NCBI GenBank assembly: GCA_031409335.1
Contig: JANNWY010000083.1
Span: forward strand, 32,001-96,000
Length of the DNA: 64,000 nt
Reading direction: 5' to 3'
From: Chthoniobacteraceae bacterium
GTDB lineage: Bacteria > Verrucomicrobiota > Verrucomicrobiia > Chthoniobacterales > Chthoniobacteraceae
Program-made: the position numbers and the translations under genes
The notes under the pieces: model-generated
Seen by the model: only the letters and a program-made list of their open reading frames with translations
What the model was told of the DNA's origin: nothing
Database searches by the model: none
Shown: piece by piece, positions 28,530-38,098 of the stretch
Layout of the letters: every line of letters begins with the position of its first letter
Numbering within the stretch: the first letter of the stretch is position 1

Positions 28530-30070
28530 GCGCGCGGCACAGCTTCCGCGCCCGGCTCGCCGTGCAAACCATGCTCGTCGCCGGCGTGGTGCTCGCCGCA
28601 TTTGGCGCGGCCTCGTGGTGGTACGCGCGACAGCAACTCGCGCGTGATCTGGATTTGCGGATCACGGAATCCGCGCGCCGCATGTGGCCCCGATTCACGC
28701 CGCGCACGACGCCCGCCGATTTCGCCGAAGCCGTGCAGGGCGCAAACATCGCCGTGATCGTGCATGCGAACGGCGAAAATGGCCGGCAGCTTTTTGCAAG
28801 CAACGCAGCCTTCGCAAAAGTCGCTCAGCCATTTCTGGACCGCCTGCCGAACCGGGCCGCGGTGGACGCGGCGGTCGAGGATCTCGAAAAACGCGGCTTG
28901 CGTCCGCCAGGGCGCGACCGCCCCCCGGACCGGGACAGCCCGCCCGACCGCGAAGGCTCGCCGGGTCGGCAACCGCCACCAGGTCGCGGACCCAATGCAG
29001 CCTTCCGCTTGCAAGGAATGCCGGAGATTCGCGAGCCCCTATTTTTCACCGTCGCCGCTGCCGATGGCGACTGGCGTTTCGGCGCGTTCAGCAATCCGCA
29101 CTACACCGTTTTCACCGGCAGCTCGCTTCGCGATTTCCACGCAGACGTGCATCGCGCCGCGTGGTGGTACGCCGCCGCGGGCGCTCTGGGCCTGGCTCTC
29201 GCGGGCATCGGCGCGTGGTGGACTTCGCGTCGCGCGATGCGTCCGCTGGATCGCATCGTCGCCACCGCGCAGCATCTCACCGCGACTGATCTCGACCGCC
29301 GCATCCCATCCGGCCCGCGCGATGACCGCGAATTTTCCCAACTCATCGCCGTGCTCAACGGCATGATGGACCGCCTGCAAACCAGCTTCCAGCAAGCCGC
29401 GCGGTTCACCGCCGACGCTTCGCACGAGCTGAAAACGCCGCTCTCCGTAATGCAAGTCACCCTCCACGACGCGCTCCGCCGCACCGACTCCGGCAGCACC
29501 GAACACGCCGAACTCGAATCCCTCGCCCGCGAATGCGCGCGGCTGAAAAGCATCACCCACAGCCTGCTCCTGCTCTCGCAAGCCGACGCCGGAAAACTCC
29601 CGCTCACACGCGAACGCTACGATCTCAGCGCCGATCTTGCACGCCTCGTGGAAGACGCGGACGCCATCTGCGAGCAAGCCGGTCTGCATTGCGAACACGA
29701 CATCGCACCCGGCCTTCACATCGACGCCGACCGCGGGCTGATGCGCCACGTTTTCCAAAACCTCCTGAGCAACGCCGTGAAATACAACCGCCCCGGCGGC
29801 CTGGTGAAAATCGCGCTCGCGGCCAGAGACGGCCACGCCGAATTCACCATCGCCAACACCGGCCCCGGCATCCCAGCCAAGGCACAGCCGCGACTTTTCG
29901 AGCGCTTCTTCCGCGCCGATGCCGCCCGCACCAGCGAAGGCGCGGGACTCGGGCTCAACATCGCCTACGAACTCGCCCGCGCGAACGACGCCGAATTGCG
30001 CCTCGTCGAAGCCGTCGAAGACTGCACCCGCCTCGAAGTGAAAATGGTCCGCTCGGCGGCGCCAAAGTAA
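28526..30070 (+). CDS. HAMP-domain sensor histidine kinase
   Basis: Two TM helices, HAMP, FTADASHELKTPL, NLLSNAVKYN, NTGPGI, FERFFR, GAGLGL. Confidence 0.93.
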   Translation: MSARHSFRARLAVQTMLVAGVVLAAFGAASWWYARQQLARDLDLRITESARRMWPRFTPRTTPADFAEAVQGANIAVIVHANGENGRQLFASNAAFAKVAQPFLDRLPNRAAVDAAVEDLEKRGLRPPGRDRPPDRDSPPDREGSPGRQPPPGRGPNAAFRLQGMPEIREPLFFTVAAADGDWRFGAFSNPHYTVFTGSSLRDFHADVHRAAWWYAAAGALGLALAGIGAWWTSRRAMRPLDRIVATAQHLTATDLDRRIPSGPRDDREFSQLIAVLNGMMDRLQTSFQQAARFTADASHELKTPLSVMQVTLHDALRRTDSGSTEHAELESLARECARLKSITHSLLLLSQADAGKLPLTRERYDLSADLARLVEDADAICEQAGLHCEHDIAPGLHIDADRGLMRHVFQNLLSNAVKYNRPGGLVKIALAARDGHAEFTIANTGPGIPAKAQPRLFERFFRADAARTSEGAGLGLNIAYELARANDAELRLVEAVEDCTRLEVKMVRSAAPK

Positions 30071-30154
30071 TGTGGGAGCGAGCGATGCGGCACCGCCTCT
30101 GTTTTCCATTTGCAATGGCTTGGCGCGCGGAGGGGCACCACCCGCCATCCGTCC

Positions 30155-33100
30155 CTACGCCTCCACGGGATCGAGTTCCAGCTCCGGCATTTCCTTCTCG
30201 GTCACATCGGATGCCTTCGGCTGGTCTTGTTCGAGGGCGATGAGCATGTAAATGGCGGGCAGGACAAAGAGTGTAAATAGGGTGCCGATGATCATTCCCG
30301 AAACGAGGACGATGCCGATGCTATTGCGCGCGCCGGCTCCGGGGCCGCTGGCTAGCACCAGCGGAAAATGTCCGGCAACGGTGGCTACCGATGTCATCAA
30401 GATCGGGCGGAGGCGGGTGCCCGCGGCGTCCGTCACTGCCTTCAGTTTGCTCATTCCCGATTCCTGCAGGGAGTTGGCAAACTCGACGATGAGGATGCCA
30501 TTCTTTGCCACCAAACCCACCAGGGTAATGAGGCCGACCTGGCTGTAGATATTCAGGGTGGTGAATCCCAGGAAACTGAACAGCAGCGCACCGGAGAGCG
30601 CGAGCGGCACGGAGCCGAGCAGGATCACGAACGGATCGCGGAAACTCTCAAATTGCGCGGCCAGCACGAGGAAGATCAGGATAAATGAAATGATGAGGGT
30701 CGCGGTCAGCTTGTTACCTTCCAGCCGGAGCTGACGGGCCTCGCCTGCATAGTCCACTGAAACGCCGCGTGGCAGAATATTCGCTGCCTCGTCTTCCAGT
30801 GCCTTGAGCGCCTGATTGAGGGTGATGTGCGGCGGGACCGCGCCTTGGATTTTCGCGGAGTTCAGTTGCTGGAAACGATTGAGTGTTCGTGGCTGCGCGG
30901 AGTCGTTCAACGTCGCAAAAGTAGAGAGCTGCACGAGTTTCCCGCCGGGGCCGGTAACGTAGAAATCCTTGAGCTGATCGGGGTTCAGCCGCTCGCCACG
31001 CTTTACCTGTGGGATGACTTTGTAGCTGCGTCCCTGCATGCTGAAACGGTTGACGTAGTTTCCGCCGAGCATGGTGCCCAGGTCCGCTCCCACCTGTTGC
31101 AGGTTGAGACCGAGGGAAGCCACTTTATCCCGATCAAACACGATCTCGGTCTGCGGCATGTCGTATTTCAAGTCGGTATCCGCAAACACAAAAAGGCCGC
31201 TCTGAATGGCTTTGGCGACCAGCTTGTTTGCCAGTTCCAGCAGCTCCGCCGGTTCAGCAGTGGAGGCGATGACAAACTCCACCGGAAACTGTCCGCCGCC
31301 AGGGAGTGGCGCGGGTGTGGTGGCGATGACGCGGACGCCAGGGACCGCACCCAATTTTCCGAAAGCCTCCGGAAGAATCTGCTCCGGCGACCGCTTGCGC
31401 TCGCTCCATGGCTTTAGACCCATGCCGGAAAATCCGGTGAACGCCTGGGTAAGCTGGAAGGTATGCCTCGTCTCGGGGAATGATTGGAAAACTTCGTTTA
31501 CTTTTTCGGTGTAAAGCGTGGTCTGCTCGATCGTGGAGTTCGGTGCTGCCTGCACGATTCCGAGGATCACGCCTTGATCCTCTTTCGGTGCAAGTTCGCT
31601 TGGCGTGAAAAGGAAGAAGGGCACACCCATTAAGATCACCAATGCGGCAAGAGTGAGGGTGACTGGACGCCAGCGAAGGGTGTTGGAAAGCGTCGTGACA
31701 TACGCATTCCGCAGGCGATCGAAACGGCGATTGACGAAACCGGCGAAGCCTTTGTGCGAATCGCCCTGCCGCAGCAGCTTGGAACTCATCATCGGCGAAA
31801 GCGTGAGGGCGACGACACCGGAAACCACCACCGCACCCGCGAGCGTGAAGGCAAACTCCCGGAAGAGTGTTCCGGTCAAGCCGCCTTGGACTCCGATCGG
31901 CGCATAGACCGCCGCCAGGGTGATCGTCATCGCGATGATGGGTCCGACGAGTTCGCGCGCACCTTTCATGGCGGCGGCAAATGGGGAGAGACCTTCGTGA
32001 AGGTGCCGTTCCACATTTTCCACCACGACGATGGCATCGTCCACGACGAGACCGACCGAAAGCACGATGGCAAGGAGCGTGAGTAGATTGATGGTGAAGC
32101 CAAATGCGAGCATCAGGAAGGCTGCGCCGATCAGCGAGATCGGGATAGCGACCACCGGGATAATGACGGAGCGCAGCGAGCCGAGGAAAAGGAAGATGAC
32201 CACGACGACGATCAGCAGCGTCTCGATCAGCGTGGTCAGCACTTCTTTCAGGGCATCCTGAATGTATTTCGTGGCGTCGTAAGGCACGCCGACTTTGATG
32301 GCTGCCGGCAATTGCTTTGCGATGTCGGGCAACTCGGCGCGGACGGCTTTGATCACGTCGAGCGCGTTGGCCGTGGGCAGGACCCAGATGCCGATAAAGG
32401 TCGCGCGCTGGCCGGAGAAACGCACATCGGAATCGTAATTTTCCGCGCCGAGATCGACTTCAGCGACATCCTTGAGCCTTACGATCGCACCGTCTTGCTC
32501 ACGCAGGACCAACTCGCGAAACTCATCGGCGGTTCGCAGATCGGTGTTCGCGACGAGGTTGATGGTAGTCATGGAACCCTTTGTGATACCCACTGCGGAA
32601 AGGTAGTTGTTGGATGCCAGTGCCTGCCGGACTTCTGTCGGCGAGATATTGAGCGCGGCCATGCGCTCCGGCTTTAGCCAGATGCGCATCGCGAATGTGC
32701 GCGCGCCGAGGATGTCCGCCTTTTGCACGCCGCTCACGGCAGTGAGCTTTGGCTGGACGACCCGGGTTAGGTAGTCGGTGACTTGATTCGGACTGAGTTC
32801 ATCCGAAGCAAATGAGATGTACATCTGCGCGAACTGGGTATCGCTCAGGGTCAGCTCGATGATGGGTGCCTCGGCCTCGGGCGGCAGATCGTTCCGCACT
32901 TGGGCGACCTTCGCCTGAATCTGGGTCAGCGCGGCATTGGTGTCGTAGTTCAGCTTCAGATGCACCGTGATGATGCTGATCCCCTGCGCGCTTTGCGACT
33001 CGATGTAGTCGATCCCATCCGCACTGGCGATGACCCGCTCGATGGGTGTGGTGACAAAGCCACGCACGAGGTCCGCGCTCGCACCGACATAGTGCGTTTC

Positions 33101-33241
33101 GACGTTCACCACCGCGATGTCACTGCGCGGATACTGCCGCACATTGAGCGAGCGGATCGACTGAAGGCCGGCCAGCAGGATGATGAGGCTCACCACGGTG
33201 GAGAGCACGGGCTTGCGGATGAAGAGATCGGTGAACTTCAT
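30155..33241 (-). CDS. RND efflux transporter permease (AcrB/MexW-like)
   Basis: FIRKPV, GLVVDDAIVVVENV, KNGILIVEFAN, RLRPILMT; 1028 aa. Confidence 0.96.
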   Translation of the reverse strand: MKFTDLFIRKPVLSTVVSLIILLAGLQSIRSLNVRQYPRSDIAVVNVETHYVGASADLVRGFVTTPIERVIASADGIDYIESQSAQGISIITVHLKLNYDTNAALTQIQAKVAQVRNDLPPEAEAPIIELTLSDTQFAQMYISFASDELSPNQVTDYLTRVVQPKLTAVSGVQKADILGARTFAMRIWLKPERMAALNISPTEVRQALASNNYLSAVGITKGSMTTINLVANTDLRTADEFRELVLREQDGAIVRLKDVAEVDLGAENYDSDVRFSGQRATFIGIWVLPTANALDVIKAVRAELPDIAKQLPAAIKVGVPYDATKYIQDALKEVLTTLIETLLIVVVVIFLFLGSLRSVIIPVVAIPISLIGAAFLMLAFGFTINLLTLLAIVLSVGLVVDDAIVVVENVERHLHEGLSPFAAAMKGARELVGPIIAMTITLAAVYAPIGVQGGLTGTLFREFAFTLAGAVVVSGVVALTLSPMMSSKLLRQGDSHKGFAGFVNRRFDRLRNAYVTTLSNTLRWRPVTLTLAALVILMGVPFFLFTPSELAPKEDQGVILGIVQAAPNSTIEQTTLYTEKVNEVFQSFPETRHTFQLTQAFTGFSGMGLKPWSERKRSPEQILPEAFGKLGAVPGVRVIATTPAPLPGGGQFPVEFVIASTAEPAELLELANKLVAKAIQSGLFVFADTDLKYDMPQTEIVFDRDKVASLGLNLQQVGADLGTMLGGNYVNRFSMQGRSYKVIPQVKRGERLNPDQLKDFYVTGPGGKLVQLSTFATLNDSAQPRTLNRFQQLNSAKIQGAVPPHITLNQALKALEDEAANILPRGVSVDYAGEARQLRLEGNKLTATLIISFILIFLVLAAQFESFRDPFVILLGSVPLALSGALLFSFLGFTTLNIYSQVGLITLVGLVAKNGILIVEFANSLQESGMSKLKAVTDAAGTRLRPILMTSVATVAGHFPLVLASGPGAGARNSIGIVLVSGMIIGTLFTLFVLPAIYMLIALEQDQPKASDVTEKEMPELELDPVEA

Positions 33242-33250
33242 GGCTGCGGC

Positions 33251-34369
33251 CTAAGTGTCCGCTGGTTTGGGATTCAGGCTGTTGCCAGGCTGAACGCTGT
33301 TATCGACCTGCACGGGGGCGTTTGGCCTAAGTTTGAAAACGGCCGATGAGACGATTTCGTCACCCTCCTTCAATCCAGAAACCACCGAGACTTGATCACC
33401 ACGCTTCGGCCCCAGCTTCACGAACTGCTGGGTCACTTCCTTTCCGGCCGCACCCTCGGTATCCCTCACGACATAGACTGAATCGCCGTAGGGAGCGTAG
33501 GAGATCGCGGAGGATGGGATCGCCATAACGCCATCCTTCTCAGGCAGCAAGACCTCCACATTCACAAACATGCCGGGACGCAGCGCGTGATCGGGGTTCT
33601 TGATGGTTCCTTGAATCGTGACATTCCGAGTCGCCTCCTCGATGCGCGAATTGATCGCCGTGATTTCACCTTGAAACTGCCTGCCCGTCACTCCGCTCGC
33701 CACGAGGCGCAGTTTCTTACCCACGGTGACCAAATCAAAGCTCTGCTGCGGCACAGAGAACTCCACGTAAATCGGGTCGAGCGATTCGATCGGCGCGATC
33801 GGCGCGCCGGGCTGGAGATACTGGCCGAGGTTCACCTGCCGGATGCCGACCAAGCCATCGAACGGCGCGACGATCTTCTTCCGCGAGACTAATGCCTTCA
33901 TCTCCTCGGCGGATGCCTGCATTTGTAGGAGCTGGCTCTGCGCCGTGTCGAATTCGGATTCGGCTATGGCCCGCTTCATCATCAGATCGCGCTTCCGGGC
34001 CAGGTCCGTTTTCGCCAAGTCCAGCCTGGCCTGGGCGGAGCGTAGCTGCGCGTCCTCCTGCTGCGTATCGAGCTTCACGATCAAGTCGCCCTTCTTTACG
34101 GATGCCCCCGATTCAAATGCAATTTCCGCGACGATGCCCGCAAGGTCGGTGCTGAGCACGACACCGTTCACTGCCTTCATGGAACCCACGGCACTCAGCA
34201 CTGGCTGCCACGTTTGAGCTTTCACCACCACCGTCGTCACCGCGGCTGGCGGCGGTGCAAACTTCGCACCCATCGCCTTGCCTTTCTCGATGTTTTTCAT
34301 CGTCCAGAAAACGAGCCCCGCCACGAAGATGGCGACGAGCACCAACATGAGTAACATTCGTTTCAACAT
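33251..34369 (-). CDS. RND periplasmic adaptor (membrane fusion protein)
   Basis: N-terminal TM, IVAPFDGLVG, LRPGMFV, VVSGLKEGDEIV. Confidence 0.95.
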   Translation of the reverse strand: MLKRMLLMLVLVAIFVAGLVFWTMKNIEKGKAMGAKFAPPPAAVTTVVVKAQTWQPVLSAVGSMKAVNGVVLSTDLAGIVAEIAFESGASVKKGDLIVKLDTQQEDAQLRSAQARLDLAKTDLARKRDLMMKRAIAESEFDTAQSQLLQMQASAEEMKALVSRKKIVAPFDGLVGIRQVNLGQYLQPGAPIAPIESLDPIYVEFSVPQQSFDLVTVGKKLRLVASGVTGRQFQGEITAINSRIEEATRNVTIQGTIKNPDHALRPGMFVNVEVLLPEKDGVMAIPSSAISYAPYGDSVYVVRDTEGAAGKEVTQQFVKLGPKRGDQVSVVSGLKEGDEIVSSAVFKLRPNAPVQVDNSVQPGNSLNPKPADT

Positions 34370-34381
34370 ATATGTTCGAGG

Positions 34382-34924
34382 TTAGACGGCTGTTACCGAC
34401 TCCACGGCGTCGGGAACTTTATCGCTGGCAAGGTCGCGCTGGATTCGCTGCAAGAGTCCGACGAGTTGCTTTTGCTGATTGGCAGTCAGCGGTTTCATGA
34501 TTTCACAGACACATTCAAAATAGTCGGGAAGCATGTTTTCGATCAGCGTCCGCCCGGAATCTGTCATCGCTACGAGCACCGTTCGCCGGTCGGTTGCATC
34601 CGCGGCGCGGCTGACGATTCCGTCCTTCTCCAAAGTGTCGATGAGCCCGGTCATCGTCGCGCGCGTCACCCCGGCTTCCTCGGCGAGTTCCGCCGGGGTC
34701 GAAGGCGCGCCCGCGCAGCGATTCAACAGCATGAGCACGGTGAATCGCCCCTGGCTGATATTGTGCCGCGCGAGAAAGCGGCCCTCGGCGGCAAAGACGG
34801 CATCGCCGGTGCGCAAAAGGTGTAGAAATGCCTCCGATGCCGCGGGATCGAGCGTTGGGTAACGCTCGGCGGCTTTCAGCAGGCAATCGTACCGCGGGAC
34901 ATCGCGGAGCATCAAAAGTGGCAT
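34382..34924 (-). CDS. MarR-family regulator
   Basis: ISQGRFTVLMLL, TPAELAEEAGVTRATMTGLIDTLEKDG, DRR, MTDSG. Confidence 0.93.
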   Translation of the reverse strand: MPLLMLRDVPRYDCLLKAAERYPTLDPAASEAFLHLLRTGDAVFAAEGRFLARHNISQGRFTVLMLLNRCAGAPSTPAELAEEAGVTRATMTGLIDTLEKDGIVSRAADATDRRTVLVAMTDSGRTLIENMLPDYFECVCEIMKPLTANQQKQLVGLLQRIQRDLASDKVPDAVESVTAV

Positions 34925-34944
34925 AAAGTAAGGCGACTAACCAT
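34925..34944 (-). promoter_or_regulatory. Possible MarR operator abutting the marR start codon
   Basis: Imperfect palindrome on the minus strand, atgGTTAG-tcgc-CTTACttt, immediately before ATG. Confidence 0.4.
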
Positions 34945-35291
34945 CAATGCACTTGATCATATGGCTCCATACCGTTGTCAAGAGATCGTCTGGGAATATG
35001 AGGGGAATCCAGAAAAGGGATATGGGCGTCCTCGCAAGCCCATCAATCTCACCAAACAAGGAGATCGGAAAACTTGCCCTTAAAACTCAACTCGCGCTTG
35101 GCGGCGGGCAGTTCGAGCGTGTGAAATGCATCCACGCCGAGCGCAGACAACTCGCGAGCGAGACGCCCCGGCATCTGACGGGACGGGACGAATTTGCATC
35201 GCGTGCCTGCGGCGCTTTCGGCTTGCGTGCGCGGGATGCGGCTGGATTGATTCCGCGCGTCGGTTTGCGGTCCCGCCGGAAATTGCGCTCA

Positions 35292-36485
35292 ATGAACAGA
35301 TCCTCCAAACGAAAGGACCGACCAGACCGCCATCAGGAGCCGCCGAAAGTCGCGCTGCTGGTGGAGACCTCGAACTCGTATGCGCGCGACATGCTCGCGG
35401 GCATCGAGGATTACATCCGCGCGCACGACCTGTGGAGCGTGTATCTGGCGGAGAGCGGGCGCGGCGATGCGGTGCCGGCATGGTTCGCGCGCTGGCAGGG
35501 GGACGGCATCATCGCGCGGGTTGAAAACGAAAAGATCGCCGCCGCGCTGGCAGCGAAGCGGTTGCCCGTCGTCAATCTCAGTTTTTCCCGCCTGATTCGC
35601 ACGGCACCCACTTTTACCACGGGCAATGCCGGCATCGGGCAGATCGCGGCGCAGCATTTCGTGGAGCGCGGCTTCGAGCACTTCGCCTATTGCGGACGCG
35701 GCGAATTCGTCTGGTCGCGGGACCGTGGCGAGGCGTTCGAGCGGGCGGTGTCCACGGCGGGTTTCCGCTGCCACATTTACAGCCTGCCGAACGGGATCGC
35801 GACGGATCTCGATTCCGAGACGGACGCCATCGCGGCATGGCTCACCTCGCTGCCAAAGCCCATCGCGCTGCTGGCGTGCTACGATCTGCGCGGCCAGCAG
35901 GTGCTCGACGCCGCGCGGCGTGCCGGCCTTTCCGTGCCGGAGCAGATCGCGGTGCTGGGTGTGGATAACGATGAGCTTTTGTGCGCCCTGTCGCCGCCAC
36001 CGCTTTCCAGCATCATCCTCAATGGGCGGCGCACCGGCTGGCTCGGGGCGGAGACGCTCGCCAGGCTCATGGGTGGGGAAAAACTGGCGGGCGACGTGCA
36101 TTTTATTCCGCCGATCGGCATCGCGACGCGGCAGAGTACGGACACGCTCGCGGTCGCCGATCCGCAACTCGCGCGCGCGCTGCGCTTCATCCGCGAGCGA
36201 GCTTGCGACGCGATCGACGTGCCGGACATCCTGCGCCACGCGCCGATGGCCCGGCGCTCGCTCGAAAATCGGATGCGGGAGACCATCGGGCGCACTCCGA
36301 ACGAGGAAATCCTGCGGGTGAAACTGGCGCGTGCCCGGCAGCTCCTCGCCACGACCCGATTGAGCCTCGGCGATGTCGCGGATCGCTGCGGCTTTCGGCA
36401 TTCGGAATATTTCAGCGTCGTCTTCAAGCGCGAGACTGGCGTGACGCCGGGCGGTTTCCGCAGAGAGCACGGACGCCAGAAGTAG
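35292..36485 (+). CDS. XylR-type regulator (periplasmic-binding-like domain + AraC HTH)
   Basis: VALLVETSNSYAR, WQGDGIIAR, VPEQIAVLGVDND, RQSTD, CGFRHSEYFSVVFKRETGVTPG. Confidence 0.92.
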   Translation: MNRSSKRKDRPDRHQEPPKVALLVETSNSYARDMLAGIEDYIRAHDLWSVYLAESGRGDAVPAWFARWQGDGIIARVENEKIAAALAAKRLPVVNLSFSRLIRTAPTFTTGNAGIGQIAAQHFVERGFEHFAYCGRGEFVWSRDRGEAFERAVSTAGFRCHIYSLPNGIATDLDSETDAIAAWLTSLPKPIALLACYDLRGQQVLDAARRAGLSVPEQIAVLGVDNDELLCALSPPPLSSIILNGRRTGWLGAETLARLMGGEKLAGDVHFIPPIGIATRQSTDTLAVADPQLARALRFIRERACDAIDVPDILRHAPMARRSLENRMRETIGRTPNEEILRVKLARARQLLATTRLSLGDVADRCGFRHSEYFSVVFKRETGVTPGGFRREHGRQK

Positions 36486-36654
36486 GAGGCACCCCGGAAA
36501 GTAACTCAAGCGACTTTCGGGATAGGCGGTTCGTTTTCCGGTGCCGCTTTCCCCATCGCCCGCACCTCCTACAGCGCCGTCGCCATAGCGCGGCGGAGCG
36601 ACGCCTGCGACGCGCTTCGTTGCCAAAAGCGGGTCGGTGTAGAAGACTGGCGGC

Positions 36655-37941
36655 ATGTCGGACCTCAAATCACAGATCCTCGGATACGGTCGCCGTGCGC
36701 GCGCGGCAGCGCGATTGCTCGCGCGACTCGATGCGGCGGCGAAGAATGCGGGGCTCCTGGCGATGGCGGATGAGATTGTCGCGGCGGAGGGGGAAATCCT
36801 CGCGGCGAATGCGCGCGATTTGGCGCAGGCGAAGGCGAATGGCTTGAGCGGCGCGATGCTGGAACGGCTCGCGCTGAACGACAAGAAACTCGCCGCGATG
36901 GCGGCGGGCATTCGCGAAGTCGCGGCGCTGCCCGATCCGGTCGGCGAGACGATCCGCGACTGGACGCGCCCGAACGGGCTGCGCATCACGAAGGTGCGCG
37001 TGCCGATCGGCGTGATCGGGATCATTTACGAATCACGCCCGAATGTGACCAGCGACGCAGCGGTGCTTTGCACGAAGACGGGGAATGCGACGATCCTGCG
37101 AGGTGGTTCGGAGGCGATCCATTCGAACGTGGCGATCGCGGCGGCGCTGAGTCGCGGTGGCGCGAAGGCGGGGCTGCCGGCGGATGCGATCGTGCTCATC
37201 CCGGTGACGGATCGCGAAGCGGTGCGGCACATGTGCGAGATGGATCAGTATCTGGATTGCATCGTGCCGCGCGGCGGCAAGGGGCTGATCGAGGCCGTCG
37301 TGAGCCATGCGCGGATGCCGGTGATCAAACATTACGATGGCATTTGCATCATGTATGTGGACAAGGACGCAGACCTCGCGATGGCGCAGAGCATCGTGGT
37401 GAATGCGAAGTGCCAGCGGCCCGGCGTGTGCAATGCGATCGAGACGGTGCTGGTGCATCGCGCGGTTGCGGAGGAGTTTTTTGCGACGACGGGAGCGGCG
37501 CTTTTGGAGAAGGGCGTGGAGTTGCGCTGCGATGAGGCTGCGCTGAAAACGCTAAACGCCAAACGCCAAACACCAAACGCGAAACGGATTGTTGCCGCGA
37601 CGCCGGAGGATTTTCGGACGGAGTTTCTTGATCTGATTCTTGCGGTGAAAGTGGTCGATTCACTTGATGAAGCGGTGGCGCACATCGAGGAGAATGGGTC
37701 GCATCACAGCGATGGGATCGTGACGGCGAATGGGGTGACGGCGGAGCGGTTTTTGGCGGAGGTCGATAGCGCGACGGTGTATTGGAATGCTTCGACGCGG
37801 TTCACGGATGGCGGCGAATTTGGCTTTGGCGCGGAGATCGGGATCAGCACGGACAAGCTGCACGCGCGTGGGCCGATGGCGCTGGAGGAACTGACGACTT
37901 ACAAATATCAACTGCGCGGGACGGGGCAGATTCGGGAGTGA
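36655..37941 (+). CDS. proA: Glutamate-5-semialdehyde dehydrogenase
   Basis: VPIGVIGIIYESRPNVT, LRGGSEA, VPRGG, VCNAIET, NASTRFTDGGEFGFGAEIGIST, LHARGPM. Confidence 0.97.
   Translation: MSDLKSQILGYGRRARAAARLLARLDAAAKNAGLLAMADEIVAAEGEILAANARDLAQAKANGLSGAMLERLALNDKKLAAMAAGIREVAALPDPVGETIRDWTRPNGLRITKVRVPIGVIGIIYESRPNVTSDAAVLCTKTGNATILRGGSEAIHSNVAIAAALSRGGAKAGLPADAIVLIPVTDREAVRHMCEMDQYLDCIVPRGGKGLIEAVVSHARMPVIKHYDGICIMYVDKDADLAMAQSIVVNAKCQRPGVCNAIETVLVHRAVAEEFFATTGAALLEKGVELRCDEAALKTLNAKRQTPNAKRIVAATPEDFRTEFLDLILAVKVVDSLDEAVAHIEENGSHHSDGIVTANGVTAERFLAEVDSATVYWNASTRFTDGGEFGFGAEIGISTDKLHARGPMALEELTTYKYQLRGTGQIRE
37547..37588 (+). repeat. Six heptamers (AAACGCC consensus) inside proA
   Basis: aaacgct-aaacgcc-aaacgcc-aaacacc-aaacgcg-aaacgga = 42 nt, frame-preserving. 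Confidence 0.8.
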
Positions 37942-37977
37942 GCGCGATTCGATTGCTCTAAGAACGGCGGGGGAAGA

Positions 37978-38079
37978 TTGCCGCGAAGGACGCGGAGGAC
38001 GCGGAAAACACGGATGAGGAAGAACTGGGATTTCGGGTTTGCCATTCAGAATCCCGCTTCTCCGCGATTTCCGCGGCAA
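37978..38079. repeat. Inverted nonamer arrays between convergent proA and sheath genes
   Basis: ttg-ccgcgaagg-acgcggagg-acgcggaaa-acacggatg ... tctccgcga-tttccgcgg-caa. Confidence 0.6.
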
Positions 38080-38098
38080 CTCGATCGCTGCTCCAGAA

